From the NCBI RefSeq assembly GCF_006345805.1, contig NW_021834783.1, forward strand, positions 1 to 64,000: a DNA stretch of 64,000 nucleotides, in the 5' to 3' direction. The position numbers and the translations under genes were made by a program. The DNA is from Octopus sinensis (lineage: Eukaryota). Position 1 is the first letter of the stretch; each line of letters opens with the position of its first letter. The notes beneath the pieces are model-generated. The model was not told where the DNA came from and searched no databases. It saw only the letters and a list, made by a program, of their open reading frames with translations. Shown one piece after another: positions 1-11,740 of the stretch.

Positions 1-419
1 GGAGTTTTTGTTGTTGATTTTTTTTCTTTAAGGTCGACGTTTTTGAAAGAAATCGGGAGAAAAGAAAATATGGCGAGAGAAAAAAAAGGGAAAGAGTGTT
101 CTAAAGGAGAGGAAAAGTTTGATGAAAGCATGGTAAGAATTGTGGTTTGCGCCTGAAGACGGTAACGTGCCCCATTTTAACGTCGAGAAACAAATATGGA
201 CGTTGCTTTGAACGGAAACGGACACTGACGTCATTGACGTTTCCCTTACGTCACGACTCGGTGTGACACGTGAGCGTTGCGTTCCGCCAACCCCGTCGCG
301 AGTTCGTCGCCGCCTTCGCCGTCATCGTCGTCGTTTTAACGAAGTCGTTGGGTGACGTTGGTTTTGAAAAGGAAGAGGAAAAGTAAGAGGAGAGAACAAC
401 AGAGAATGGTTGACCTCCT
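1..419. repeat. Left arm of inverted duplication (partner 4210-4626); runs off the window start
   Basis: 1-419 is the near-identical reverse complement of 4210-4626; the visible difference is in the A/T run near 79-87 versus 4542-4553. Confidence 0.95.
33..132 (+). other. Candidate upstream exon of the GMEB-like gene (UTR or coding)
   Basis: Acceptor ttttttttctttaAG (31-32) and donor atg|GTAAG (133). ATG at 70 gives MAREKKGKECSKGEEKFDESM ending in phase 0, compatible with the phase-0 acceptor at 11741. No homology support. Confidence 0.35.
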
Positions 420-799
420 ACCACACGGCTATGTCATGTGCTTGCTAGACTAGCCTCGTTGTGGAAACTGTATTGAACTCTTTCGGAAAGTTGAGGTTTT
501 GAAGGAATATTGATTGATTTGCGGCGAGTTTGATAAAAGATAATAAAAATAAAGTTATCGTCGAAAGAAGTAAACATCCCACACGCAATTCTGATTTACA
601 ACGGAATCCATTTCATTTTTAGTCGAATAAATGAATCTCAGTAATTATTTTTTTAAAAGCCTAATATTTATTCTAGCGGTCTCTTGCGAACCTCTAAGTT
701 ACGGGGATGTCAAAAAAACCAACACCGGTTGTAGAGCGGTGGGAGACAGGCAGACACAAAGACATGCACGCACACACACGCACGCAAAACATATAATCG

Positions 800-1195
800 T
801 CCTTTCTACTACAGGCACAAGGCCTGAAGTTTTTTGGGGGTGGGGAAGAGGCGAGTCGATTACATGGACCCAACTGGTACTTAATTTATCGATCCCGAAA
901 GGATGAAAGGGAAAGTCGACCTCGGCGAAATTTGAACCCAGAACGTAGCAACGGGCGAAATACCTATTTCTTTACTACCCACAAGGGGCTAAACACAGAG
1001 GAGACAAACAAGGACAGATAGGCGGATTAAGTCGATTACATCGATCCCAGTGTGTAACTGGTACTTAATTTATCGACGCCGAAAGGATGAAAGGCAAAGT
1101 CGACCTCGGCGGAATTTGAACTCACAACGTAACGCAGACGAAATACCGCTAAGCATTTCGCCCGGCGTGCTAACGTTTCTGCCAGTTCGCCGCCT
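800..1195 (-). mobile_element. tRNA-headed SINE dimer (OK-like family): full unit plus headless unit with a different tail
   Basis: B-box-like GAGTTCAAATTCC and the central GTCGACTTTGCCTTTCATCCTTTCGG block occur twice; the junction is at AATACC 959-964. Confidence 0.85.
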
Positions 1196-2499
1196 CAACA
1201 AACATGTAAGATATACACAGCGGACTTCTTTCACTTTCCATTTATCAACTCCACTCACAAGGCTTTAGTCGGCCCGAGGCTATAGTAAAAAACACTTGCT
1301 CGTCGTCGGGAAGTAGGTTTCTTACTACACAATTTATTATTGTTATTTATCTTTTTTGAAAACTCGCTGATGTTTACATATTTCAGTGAAAGATTGCACA
1401 AATGGCATCGTAAGTTAGGGTGTTGCAATCACAATCGTCAGGTAGTGGATTCGGTTCCCGGACCGAGCAGCGCGTTGTGTTCTTGAACAAAACAGTTCAT
1501 AGCATGTCAGGCTGCAGGTGAGAGAGTGGTAGAATCGTTGGCGTGTCGGCAGAGATGCTTTATGAGTTATCTTCCAGCTGCCTACATTCTGGGTTCTAAT
1601 CCCACCTGACTGGAGAAGGAAACAGGAAACTGTTCCAGTATTAGTCCCAAATCTAGTCATGGAAGTAATCTACTTGACGGTGGAAGTGGGGTAAGGGCCC
1701 TCCCAGGTCATATAGAGAGTGCTGGAGAAAGTTTACATGCACAGGACTTACCAAGGGCAGACAACCGCTCGACTCTTATCATATTTTACATTTATTTAAT
1801 TTATTTAAATTATTTCATTTCGAAGTGTAAGCGTCTAGTTGAACAAGAATCTTCTGATATGGCTCAGGCCAACCAAAACTTTGTGAATGGGTGGGGTTGA
1901 TGGAAACTGAAAGAAGCCCTTTGTATGAACATAAACCTGAAAAAAGAAATAAGTACTGAGATTAATTAAATCGACTAAACCCTTTAAGGCAGTGCTCTAT
2001 CATGGCCACATGCCAATGACTGAAACAAGTAAAAAGATAGCCTCTTCTGGGCGCAATCGGTCCAATGTAGACACCTATACTTTGGCTTCTAGGAGAACCG
2101 GGTATGTCAGGTGATGCGCTGGCAGAGGGAATGGAAAGTAAGTGGGTTCTATGAATAAATGTGTGTTCTTTTATCTTATACTTGTTCACTCATTAGGCTA
2201 CGATCATGCAGTGGGACTGAACTCGGAACCATGTGTTTCAAATATAAGATAGAAGCAGCGCTAGTGTAATAACATTATCAACCACACATACTTAACGTAT
2301 ATACCGGTTGGCTGCGATTTGACATGGTGGAGAAGACTCTCTCAAAGTGCCGGGTGTTAAAACACCTGAACGTTATGGACAGGCAAGATAACTCCCCTCT
2401 AATACCATCCAGGAGTGATGGACATTGATGCTTCGCCATTTTCGTGGCTTATCAACATCACGTAACCGAACAGGATCTGAGATGGATCATTTCATCAGT

Positions 2500-4212
2500 T
2501 CACGTGCAAACTATGTGTGGATGTGCCCGGACAATGCATACGAAAAAATAAATTCAGATATGAATTAACGCTGCTTCCATTTCCTTTCAGTAAAGGCAGA
2601 TAAAGTAGGCTTAATGTATATTTACATGGAATATTAAATACAGAGTACGGAATGAAGTAAACGGAAGAAGTTATGTAATCGTTTTGTCTCGACAGCTGTT
2701 TCATGTGCACCACGGCTTATGCCGTAGACACATTCTTATGTAACAAGGGTGCATGATGTCTTAGGGGTGTGTAATAACATAGGTCCGAATTAATTTATTA
2801 AGCAGATCACCTTCATTGGAAGGAAGATTCCAAGGTCGTATTTTCATAAGTAAAGGTTTATAGAAAACATAATAGAGGTACTAAGGAAAATGTTCGAGGG
2901 AAGATAAGAAACGGTTAACGAGGCGGGGAAATTAAAGAGGAATTAGCAGAATGAAACTCAGAGAGAGGAGAGGTAAAGACTATTGTGCTCGCCTTAGAGT
3001 TGTTAGGTAGTTTGTTAAACAATACAGAAAAAAGGAGAGGCAACAGTAGCAAACGTCATTAAGGAGAAAGCAGGTTATAAAGGAAGAAAGACGGCGAACT
3101 GGCAGAAACGTTAGCACGCCGGGCGAGATGCTTAACAACATTTCGACTGCCGCTACGTTCTGAGTTCAAATTCCGCCGAGGTCGACTTTGCCTTTCATTC
3201 TTTCGGGGTCGATTAAATAAGTACCAGTTAGTAAAGGGACAAGCTAGTTTGTACAGTAAAAATTATGACGATTTCATGTAGTTGGAGAAAGTTTTGTAGC
3301 ATTTGTGATAACATTCAAAAATTATGTCAGAGAATCGATTTAGCTTCGAGGTCTTGTTGTGGCGAAATATAGTGAGCGGTACGTGGCAACATACTGGACA
3401 AACGCACCAATCTGCTGTCGAGGAATTCCGCTGCAAACTATGGAACAGGACAGATTATAGAGTATGTCCTTATAGGGTATGTGGATTGCGAGGGATGTAG
3501 AAAACGAGGTAAATTTTCAGATTAACAGGTGTGCACGTTAGCGTTGCTTAAAATGAATCGTGGTTCCGATGTAAAACCAGTAATGACGTGGGCATATGGT
3601 TGTAACTATACATTTAAGCACATTATAGTACAAGCAATTCGTTCAATGGACACTTTGGGAGCATCCCTATCTGCCGAACCAAATTTAAGCTAATCTAGAC
3701 TTAACTCTTTTGTTTTTTTATATTTTAAAGTTCCTCTAGAGTGAATGAATTCCCATCACTTGGATAATTTCAGTGTTCGACTTTGAGCCCTACAATTTCT
3801 AATTTGTACTTAAAAAAAAAAAAGACTTCTTCCAGGGGAGACTAATCTTTATAAATTACTTGTCCGGGTTATCTCCCCTGGTTATTCTTTTTTTGATTTT
3901 TAAAATTCAATACCTATTTCTTTACTACCCACAAGGGGCTAAAGACAGAGAGGACAAACAAGGACAGACAAATGGATTAAGTCGATTATATCGACCTCAG
4001 TGCATAACTGGTACTTAATTTATCGACCCCGAAAGGATGAAAGGCAAAGTCGAACCCGGCGGAATTTGAACTCAGAACGTAACGGCAGACGAAATACGGC
4101 TACGCATTTCGCCCGGCATGCTAACGATTCTGCCAGCTCGCAATACTCTTTAATTCCATTCTAAGCAGAAGTTTTCAACAGGTAGTTTGTATAGGTGAGA
4201 TCTAGGTACAGG
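2500..4212 (-). mobile_element. Degenerate Penelope-like retroelement remnant (GIY-YIG endonuclease region), interrupted by two SINEs
   Basis: Minus-strand translation with frameshifts and stops: CPLN.CLYYNVLKCIVT...FYIGTTIHFKQR*RAH...STSLAIHI and CPVCCHVPLTIF...LNRFSDIIFECYHK. A second copy lies at 37037-37874, and a decayed hammerhead-like motif at 2683-2748. The 3' limit is approximate. Confidence 0.7.
3914..4140 (-). mobile_element. OK-like SINE with 6-bp TSD
   Basis: Full head-to-tail unit; CAATAC at 3908-3913 and 4141-4146; absent from the 37 kb paralogous copy. Confidence 0.9.
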
Positions 4213-4626
4213 AGGTCAACCATTCTCTGTTGTTCTCTCCTCTTACTTTTCCTCTTCCTTTTCAAAACCAACGTCACCCAACGACTTCGTTAAAACGACG
4301 ACGATGACGGCGAAGGCGGCGACGAACTCGCGACGGGGTTGGCGGAACGCAACGCTCACGTGTCACACCGAGTCGTGACGTAAGGGAAACGTCAATGACG
4401 TCAGTGTCCGTTTCCGTTCAAAGCAACGTCCATATTTGTTTCTCGACGTTAAAATGGGGCACGTTACCGTCTTCAGGCGCAAACCACAATTCTTACCATG
4501 CTTTCATCAAACTTTTCCTCTCCTTTAGAACACTCTTTCCCTTTTTTTTTCTCGCCATATTTTCTTTTCTCCCGATTTCTTTCAAAAACGTCGACCTTAA
4601 AGAAAAAAATCAACAACAAAAACTCC
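4210..4626. repeat. Right arm of inverted duplication (partner 1-419)
   Basis: Reverse complement of 1-419; the outer limit cannot be determined because the partner runs off the window. Confidence 0.95.
4271..4470. promoter_or_regulatory. CpG/ACGT-rich regulatory block with CRE (TGACGTCA 4396-4403) and E-box (CACGTG 4357-4362); mirrored at about 160-360
   Basis: Eight ACGT tetramers in about 200 bp of an otherwise CpG-poor window, close to the 5' end of the GMEB-like gene. Confidence 0.55.
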
Positions 4627-6559
4627 ACAAACAAACAAAAAAAGACACCATTCTCCCTCAAATCTCTTAGAATTTCACGACATTATTTTATAATCACACA
4701 CAAAATATACCTACACCACTTAACAAAGTAATAAATATATGATATAATCGCTTAAATTCCCGCAAAATCGATCGATCGAACTTTGCTAAGTTCTTTCATG
4801 ACAACGTAACTTTTCCTCTCTCTCCCAACTGTTGTACGATAATAGTTTCCCCTCTCCTCTGTGTGGGTGGGCACATTTATATATACATATATCTATATAT
4901 ATATATATATGGTCATTGCAGCATTCCTCTCTCTCTCTGGTCAGTGTTGTTATTGAAGTTATGGAGGCAAGACAATAGAATCAATGATGTACCCACATAT
5001 ATATATTCCTTCCTCCTCTCTGTATTATATGTTACCACCCTATTTGGTTTCATCCGTTATTTCCGTCTTCCCCACGAATCCTCACTAATCTCCGTCCCTG
5101 CTGCTCACCTGGTCTCTACCTGTCATACTTTTAATCAAAGGTGGGTATAAAACCAAGTTTTTTCTTTCTTTGTTCTTCATATAACACACACACACACATG
5201 CAATTACTATTATTATTATTTATTGTTTGTATTATTTTCCGTTATGTTCTTATTGATACAGCATGCCTTTAATCGAAAAGTCTCTCCATCCATGACCTTC
5301 TCGTCGTTGCATATCAAATAATAATTTCCGATTAAGGACAAGGGCCTCAGTTTTCAGGGATGCTGGGGGAGAGGGATTGATGTCGACGTCGGTGGAGTTT
5401 GAACTGGGAACGTAAAGACCCGGAGGTAACACTGCGAGGCTCTAAACGGATTCTGCAGGTTCGCCACCTTCATAATAATAATAATAATAACAATAATTCT
5501 TTCTACGAATAGACAAGGCCTGACATTTTATGGGGAGGTGGTTAGTGGATTAGATCGATCCCAGTACTTGACTGTTACTTATTTAATCGACCCATGGAAG
5601 ACAAAATGTTAGTCTGGGATTTGATCTGAGAACCTAAAGAACTGCAACAAATATCGCTCAGCATTTTCCCCCACCCCCGGGGCTTTAGAACACAACTCGT
5701 CGGAAAAGGATGAAAGGTGATGGTAGGAGCAAAAGAACCGCAATAAGTCAAGTAAAGACAGCAATTATACTCGTATAGTCCACCAAAATACTTGAATAGT
5801 TCACAATAAAATACGTTATTCGGTGTCCTACGGTAAGAGTTTCGTTTGAGGGAGATTTAGCTACTCTTTTGTAGCAGGTAGTGACCCCGAACGCACCCGT
5901 ATGTCATCGACCTGTGCTTTGCGAACGTGATCTTTCTTTACTAAACACATTTAGAGAATTTTTTGGTTATATTTGGCTCTTAAAACTTTTGTCTAGATAT
6001 ATTTTTATAACAACAATAATAATAATTCGTTCTGATCTTGGCACAAATCCAACAATTTCCAGAAAAGGGGACAGATGGGGACAGCTGGTTACACCGACCC
6101 CAGGACTTGACCGCTATTTCATTTTATCGTCCCGGAAAGGACGAAAGGCAGAGTTGTGGAACAACAACAACAACAATAAATGTGCAAGCAAGCACTTGTT
6201 ACCTTCACACCTATCATGGAATTTAAACAACTCTTCTTCTGCCTAGAGTTGTGTTTTCTTCCCGTCTGCTTCCTCACCGAGGAATGAGAAATAACAGTTG
6301 TTATTTCTAACACAGGCAGAAGGCCAGATTTTTTTCTTTTTTTTTCTTTTGCAGGAAGGGTAGCAGTTGTTTATAGCACTTTATTTTATTGACCCAGAAA
6401 GTAGGGAAAAAAACAATTTTGAGACATGGGCTGGATTTGAACATAAAAAAGCAGAATAAACTACCGGAGAGTAACCGTAAGGGTCAAACTAAAGCGTTTT
6501 TAGCCCGTTATAAAAAGAAAATTATAAAAGTGATAATGATTTCAACTGGCAACAAAAGA

Positions 6560-6714
6560 CCGTATTTTAACGTGTATAAGGAACCCCCTAATTTTGGGGT
6601 TCTTAAAATTTGGAAAAAATAAGGATTATAATACTATCCGTGTGTAAGAAACTCCCATATTTTTTAAAACTAAGTTTTGACAAAAATAGATTCCTTATAC
6701 ACGTTAAAATACGG
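6560..6714. mobile_element. Small MITE with 22-bp perfect TIRs (Tc1/pogo-like)
   Basis: CCGTATTTTAACGTGTATAAGG ... CCTTATACACGTTAAAATACGG, followed by TA. Confidence 0.7.
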
Positions 6715-8008
6715 TAATATGTTGATATCAGTGCTTTGCTGGAATTTATTTTATGAAAGGCGAAATGCTTAGCAGTATTTCGTCTGTCTTTTATGTTCTG
6801 AGTTCAAATTCCGCCGTGGTCGACTTTGCCTTGTATCCTTTTGGGGTCGATAAGTACCAGTTGCGCACTGGAGTCGATCTAAACGACTGGCCCCCTCTCC
6901 AAAAATTTCAGTCCTTCTGCCTAGATTAGAAAAGATATTTATCTTATGAAACCCTAGAAGGGTGACTGCAAAAAGCCAGCCTTGGTAGTATTTGAACTAA
7001 GAACCAGGGAAAGAGCCAAAAGAAATGCCACTAAGCAATTTGCCTGACATGCTAAAGATTTTTTTGCTAGTTTGCCAATTAATAATAATACTGTATGCCC
7101 TGATGCAGTACCAGGCTGTGGTTCTCATGGCTTCTGATCATAATTGATTGGAAGTGTTAACATGTACATGTTTTATCTTGATGTAAAAGATGGGCTACAG
7201 CAAATATTCTGCTCAATACCACAGATTTGCTTGTCAGCTGCTTAACTATAACCAGTTGTGCATGTCACTTAATGGCTGATGCTATGTGCATCTCTTATCA
7301 CAAGCAGAAATAGTGGGGAAGCCTCATAACCATGTGTTGAGAAGTGTTTCACCCATCATCCTTAACCCTTATTCAGGGATGTTTTAAGCAGGATGAACTC
7401 GACCTGAAGAAAATTATAAGTGGGTTCCACCTGTGAGGTCATGTGCTGCTCATCTTGATATGAGGTCACCATGTCACACACATGGTTTTTATGTATGTGC
7501 CTGGTGTATCCTTATCAGATAGTATATAGGGCTTCGTATATTTGTACCCCACCATCACTTTGATGGCATGCATTGCTCTCATCGTCATAATAATTTTTAA
7601 ATTTTGGCACAAGGCCAGGAATTTTAGAGATAGAGAATAAATCAATTAAATTGACTCCAAGTTCTTCACTGGTACTTATTATCGACCCCAAAACAAGGAT
7701 GGGCAGATCTTGTATGCTATGTTCCTTTAATGCCCTAAACATTTTCCCCTTGAATATGCTGTGCATCTTTTATACCATCAATTATGGTAATTCCTGTATT
7801 GCCATGTAGTCCAGCACGGTTCTTGCTTCACACTTTCTTTAACTGCATTTTAACAAGTAGCCTGTCTATGTATTCCTATAAATTTTCAATATAATCAAGA
7901 TTTTCAAAGTATTTAGTGAAAAACCTGTAAATTTATGTATTGGTATATATATTATGTTGGTGTTGACCAATTGAAATCTCATGTAATTCGGTTTCTATTT
8001 AAACACTT

Positions 8009-9331
8009 TGCCCCTGGCAGCTCCTCTATGCTGATGACCTGATCTCATAGCAGAATCACTACCAGAACTAGAAAAGAAATTTCGGGTGTGGAAGCAAGGG
8101 TTAGAATCAAAGGGCCTTAGAGTAAATGTAGCAAAGACCAAAGTTATATTAAGCAGAATGGCGAACTCAGCACACACACCCTCGGGCAGGTGGCCCTGCT
8201 CGATCTGTAGGAAAGGTGTAGGTAGAAACTCCATAAGATGTACCCAGTGTAAGCTATGGACGCATAAGAGGTGCAGCAACATCAAAGGGAAATTAACTGA
8301 TAAGATAGCTTTCATGTGCGGCCAATGCACAGGGACAATAGACACCACAGATACTCAGAAAACAGATTCCATCACACTCCAGGGGAAGAAACTAGAAGTA
8401 TTTGATAGTTTCCGCTACCTGGGTGACCAAGTTAGTAGTGGAGGTGGATGCTCAGAGAGTGTCACCACTAGAATACGAATAGCCTGGGCTAAGTTTAGAA
8501 AGCTCCTACCCCTACTGGCGACAAAGGGTCTCTCACTCAGAGTGAAAGGTAGATTGTATGATGCATGTGTGCGAACTGCCATGCTTCACGGTAGTGAAAC
8601 ATGGGCCGTGACTGCAGAGGACATGCGTAGACTTGAAAGAAATGAAGTTAGCATGATCTGCTGGATGTGTAATGCCAGTGTGCGCACACGACAGAGGGTA
8701 AGCACCGTGAGAGAAATGCTGGACATAAGGAGCATCAGATGTGGTGTGCAAGAGCGACGCTTGCGATGGTATGGTCATGTACTGTGGATGGACGAGGAAA
8801 GTTGTGTGAAGAAGTGCCGCTCCCAAACAGTTAAAGGTATCACGGGGAGAGGTAGACCCAGGAAGACATGGGATGAGGTAGTCAAGCATGACCTCAGAGC
8901 GTTGGGCCTCATAGAGGCAATGGCGAAGGACTGAGATCTCTGAAGATATGCTGTGACTGCAAAGACCTGGGCTGCTTCCTGCACCAGTTCCACATAGCCC
9001 CTGCCCATTCAAAGTACCTTGGATTCCAGAACATCCCGCTGTGCTTGAGACCTATTGAGTCAAGTACATGAACATCGAAATAAATATCAATGGAAATAGT
9101 AGTTGTGATACCTGTGCCGGTGGCACGTAAAAAGCACCATCCAAACATGGCTGATGCCAGCGCTGCCTTGACTGGCTTCTGTGTCGGTGGCACATAAAAA
9201 GCACCATCCAAACGTGGCCGATGCCAGCGCCGCCGTGACTGGCTTCCGTGCAGTCACTGGCTTCCCAGACCCCGGTCGAACCGTCCAACCCGTGCTAGCG
9301 TGGAAAACGGATGTTAAACGATGATGATGAT
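8009..9331 (+). mobile_element. 5'-truncated RTE-clade LINE: RT C-terminal half plus 3' UTR ending in a (TGA)n tail
   Basis: CPWQLLYADDL (YADD at 8027-8038, 1-bp frameshift after). ORF 8086-8934 contains FRYLG, MLHGSETW, RLRWYGHV and GRGRPRKTW. The tail reads ...GTTAAACGATGATGATGA. Confidence 0.92.
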
Positions 9332-9779
9332 ACCAAACCATCTGACATTGCCCCTGGCTTTATGGTACAGACTTCCCATTTTAAAATCATCTAAGTTAAA
9401 ACTTTCCATTTAAATTTCATGTTAATTTATGTTGGAAACAACAACTTAAAAATGACAAAGTTAATTCATTAAATTCTTTGTTATTTAAAAGAAAGTTAAT
9501 GTGTAAAGTGAAATAATGTATTTCAACAGAAATGTGGTAACTCAAAGGTTAAATATCTCAGTATTGTCTTAGAAACAAGCTTGATAGTTAAATGCATAAA
9601 AGGATAAATTGTCTTCATTTAGAGCATGGACTAATGTCTTAGGATAACCCCTATGAAGACAGTTAAGCCATCATCACGATTGTCTTTTCTTGTCTTGAGA
9701 CTGCATTCACCCGGGTTGTGATGAGCTGGCTTCATTTATCCTCAATGCTGCATCTCTCACAAACGCTGACCAGACCTGG

Positions 9780-10200
9780 CGATTTGGGGCTAACGACCAT
9801 ATGATCTCCAACCACTCCTTATTCCAGCGGTGAATGCCGTAGATATGGGGTCTAGGTTGGGTTCCAGATCAGCCTTGACTATCATCAGCCAGGTTTTCGT
9901 TGTCCACCACAACCGCTTTCGCCAACCCTGAAGGGGAGCTGGGGCAATTGCTTCGTAGATGAATTCTCCTGGTTGATGATGGAGGGCATGACCCAGCCAA
10001 CGCAGACGTCTCGTTAGAATGACTTGTTGGAGGGAGGTGATTTTGCACTGTTGTCGCACCGAATTGTTGGAGACAAAGTGATACCATCGGACATGAAAGA
10101 TGCGGCGTAGACAGAGGTGATCGAAGGATTCTAGTTACTTAATATCTTCCACCCTCATCGGCCATGACTCGCTGCCGTAAAGGAGACTTGTTCTCACTAG
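9780..10200 (-). mobile_element. Second RTE-type LINE fragment (RT C-terminus)
   Basis: Minus translation includes SFDHLCLRRIFHVRWYHFVSN...RRLRWLGH. Confidence 0.75.
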
Positions 10201-10682
10201 GGAACTCATTAACTTCATTGGTTGAAGTTAATGAGTTGTTTCAGACAGCAAGCTGGCAGAATCATTAGCTCACTGGTCAAAATGCTTTGCACCATTTCAT
10301 TCGTCTTTATATTCTAAGTTGAAGTTGGTTGAAAAAAGAAATAGCAGTTATGCACTGTGGAGGTTGATGTGATCGACCTGACCCTCCCTTGTGTCAAAAT
10401 TTGAAACTGAATTTAATGGGTTGTTTGTTGTGGAAGGGTATCCAGCTGTAGAAATCATGCCGAAGCATACACTGGAACACAGCACAGTCCTCTGGCTAGT
10501 TGGGTGGTCCTGTCAAGCCATCCAATCCATGCCAATATCCAGGTATCCACCCTCCCCCAATGTACTCTTTAAATGACAATAAATGCATTGTTGATTGTCT
10601 TAGAAACAAGATTGATGGTTAAATGCATAAATGGATAAATCAACTTCATTTAGAGCATGGTTTAATGTTCACATGTAACATT

Positions 10683-11117
10683 TCCAACGGACTCCCTTCA
10701 AAATGCGATGGGTGCTTGATTTAGGGATTCCGCTCTCATGAGTCATTTGTCATACAGATTTTTGTGGGGAACAGTGAAGGATTTCCATCAATTCTTCTTC
10801 CTTTAGGACAATTCCTTTTCTCTTACTTTCTTGAATGTTCCTTATGGATGTCATACACAGTTCCATCTGATTCAAACTTATCTTGGATGCGAGCAGTGTT
10901 GCATTGCACTGGTGGATCTTTCTGAAAATCACTTCAAATTGTCTTAGCACTTCCACGATGTTTTAATGCTTCCAAGTCGCACTTTTTCATGAATTTTCTC
11001 CTTGAAATCTTTGTCATACTTCTGCCATTATTAGGATCAATTTGATCCAAAAAGAAATGAAAAATCCAGTGAGTTATGGAGAGTCAAAATGCGAGTACAT
11101 TTTTTTGGCACACCCTG
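10683..11117 (-). mobile_element. Tc1/mariner left-end remnant with degenerate HTH
   Basis: TA + CAGGGTGTGCCAAAAAA terminus on the minus strand; translation includes HCSPQKSV*QMTHESGIPKSSTHRILKGVRWK. Confidence 0.7.
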
Positions 11118-11195
11118 TAGAAGACAGACATTAAATGATGATGATGATGATCCTTTTGATTGAAATTGCATTCAATATTTCGTTGCAGCCAAAAA

Positions 11196-11660
11196 TGGCG
11201 AGCTGACAGAATTGTTAGCACAGCAGGCAAAATGCATAATGGTATTTTGTATATTAAAGCAGCGAGCTGGCAGAAACGTTAACGCACCTGGCTAAATACT
11301 TAGCAGTATTTCGTCTGTCTTTACATTCTGAGTTCAAATTCCACCGAAGTTGACTTTGCCTTTCATCCTTTCGGGGTCAATAAATTAAGTACCAGTTACG
11401 CACTGGGGTCGATGTAATCAACTTAATCCGTCTGTCTGTCCTTGTTTGTCCTCTCTGTGTTTAGCCCCTTGTGGGTAGTAAAGAAATAGGTATTTTGTTT
11501 GTCTTTATGTGCTGAGTTTAAATTTTGCTGAGGTTTTGCCTTTTAAACTTTTGTGATTGACTTTGCCTTTCTTCCTTTCAATAAAATGAGTACAGGGGTT
11601 GTCATTGACTTGCCCAGTCCCACCAAATTGCTGGCCCTGTGCCAAAATTTGACAGCAATG
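11196..11660 (+). mobile_element. Young OK-like SINE (about 11258-11490) nested in an older related SINE
   Basis: 10-bp TSD GGTATTTTGT at 11241-11250 and 11489-11498; the old head lies upstream and the old body and tail downstream. Confidence 0.85.
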
Positions 11661-11740
11661 CTTCATTGCAGCCTATTGAAAATGTATTTATCTAACAGCT
11701 TCTACTTGTTATCTTAGTAAAATTCAATTCTCTCTTACAG

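Noticed and set aside
4395-4731. ORFs across the inverted arm (MTSVSVSVQ..., mirrored at 28-234)
   Set aside because: Low complexity, no recognisable domain, and the frames differ between the two copies.
8533-9012. 159-aa minus-strand ORF
   Set aside because: It is the antisense shadow of the RTE ORF.
10203-10237. Perfect 15-bp hairpin
   Set aside because: Too short for a pre-miRNA and has no context; probably a collapsed MITE.
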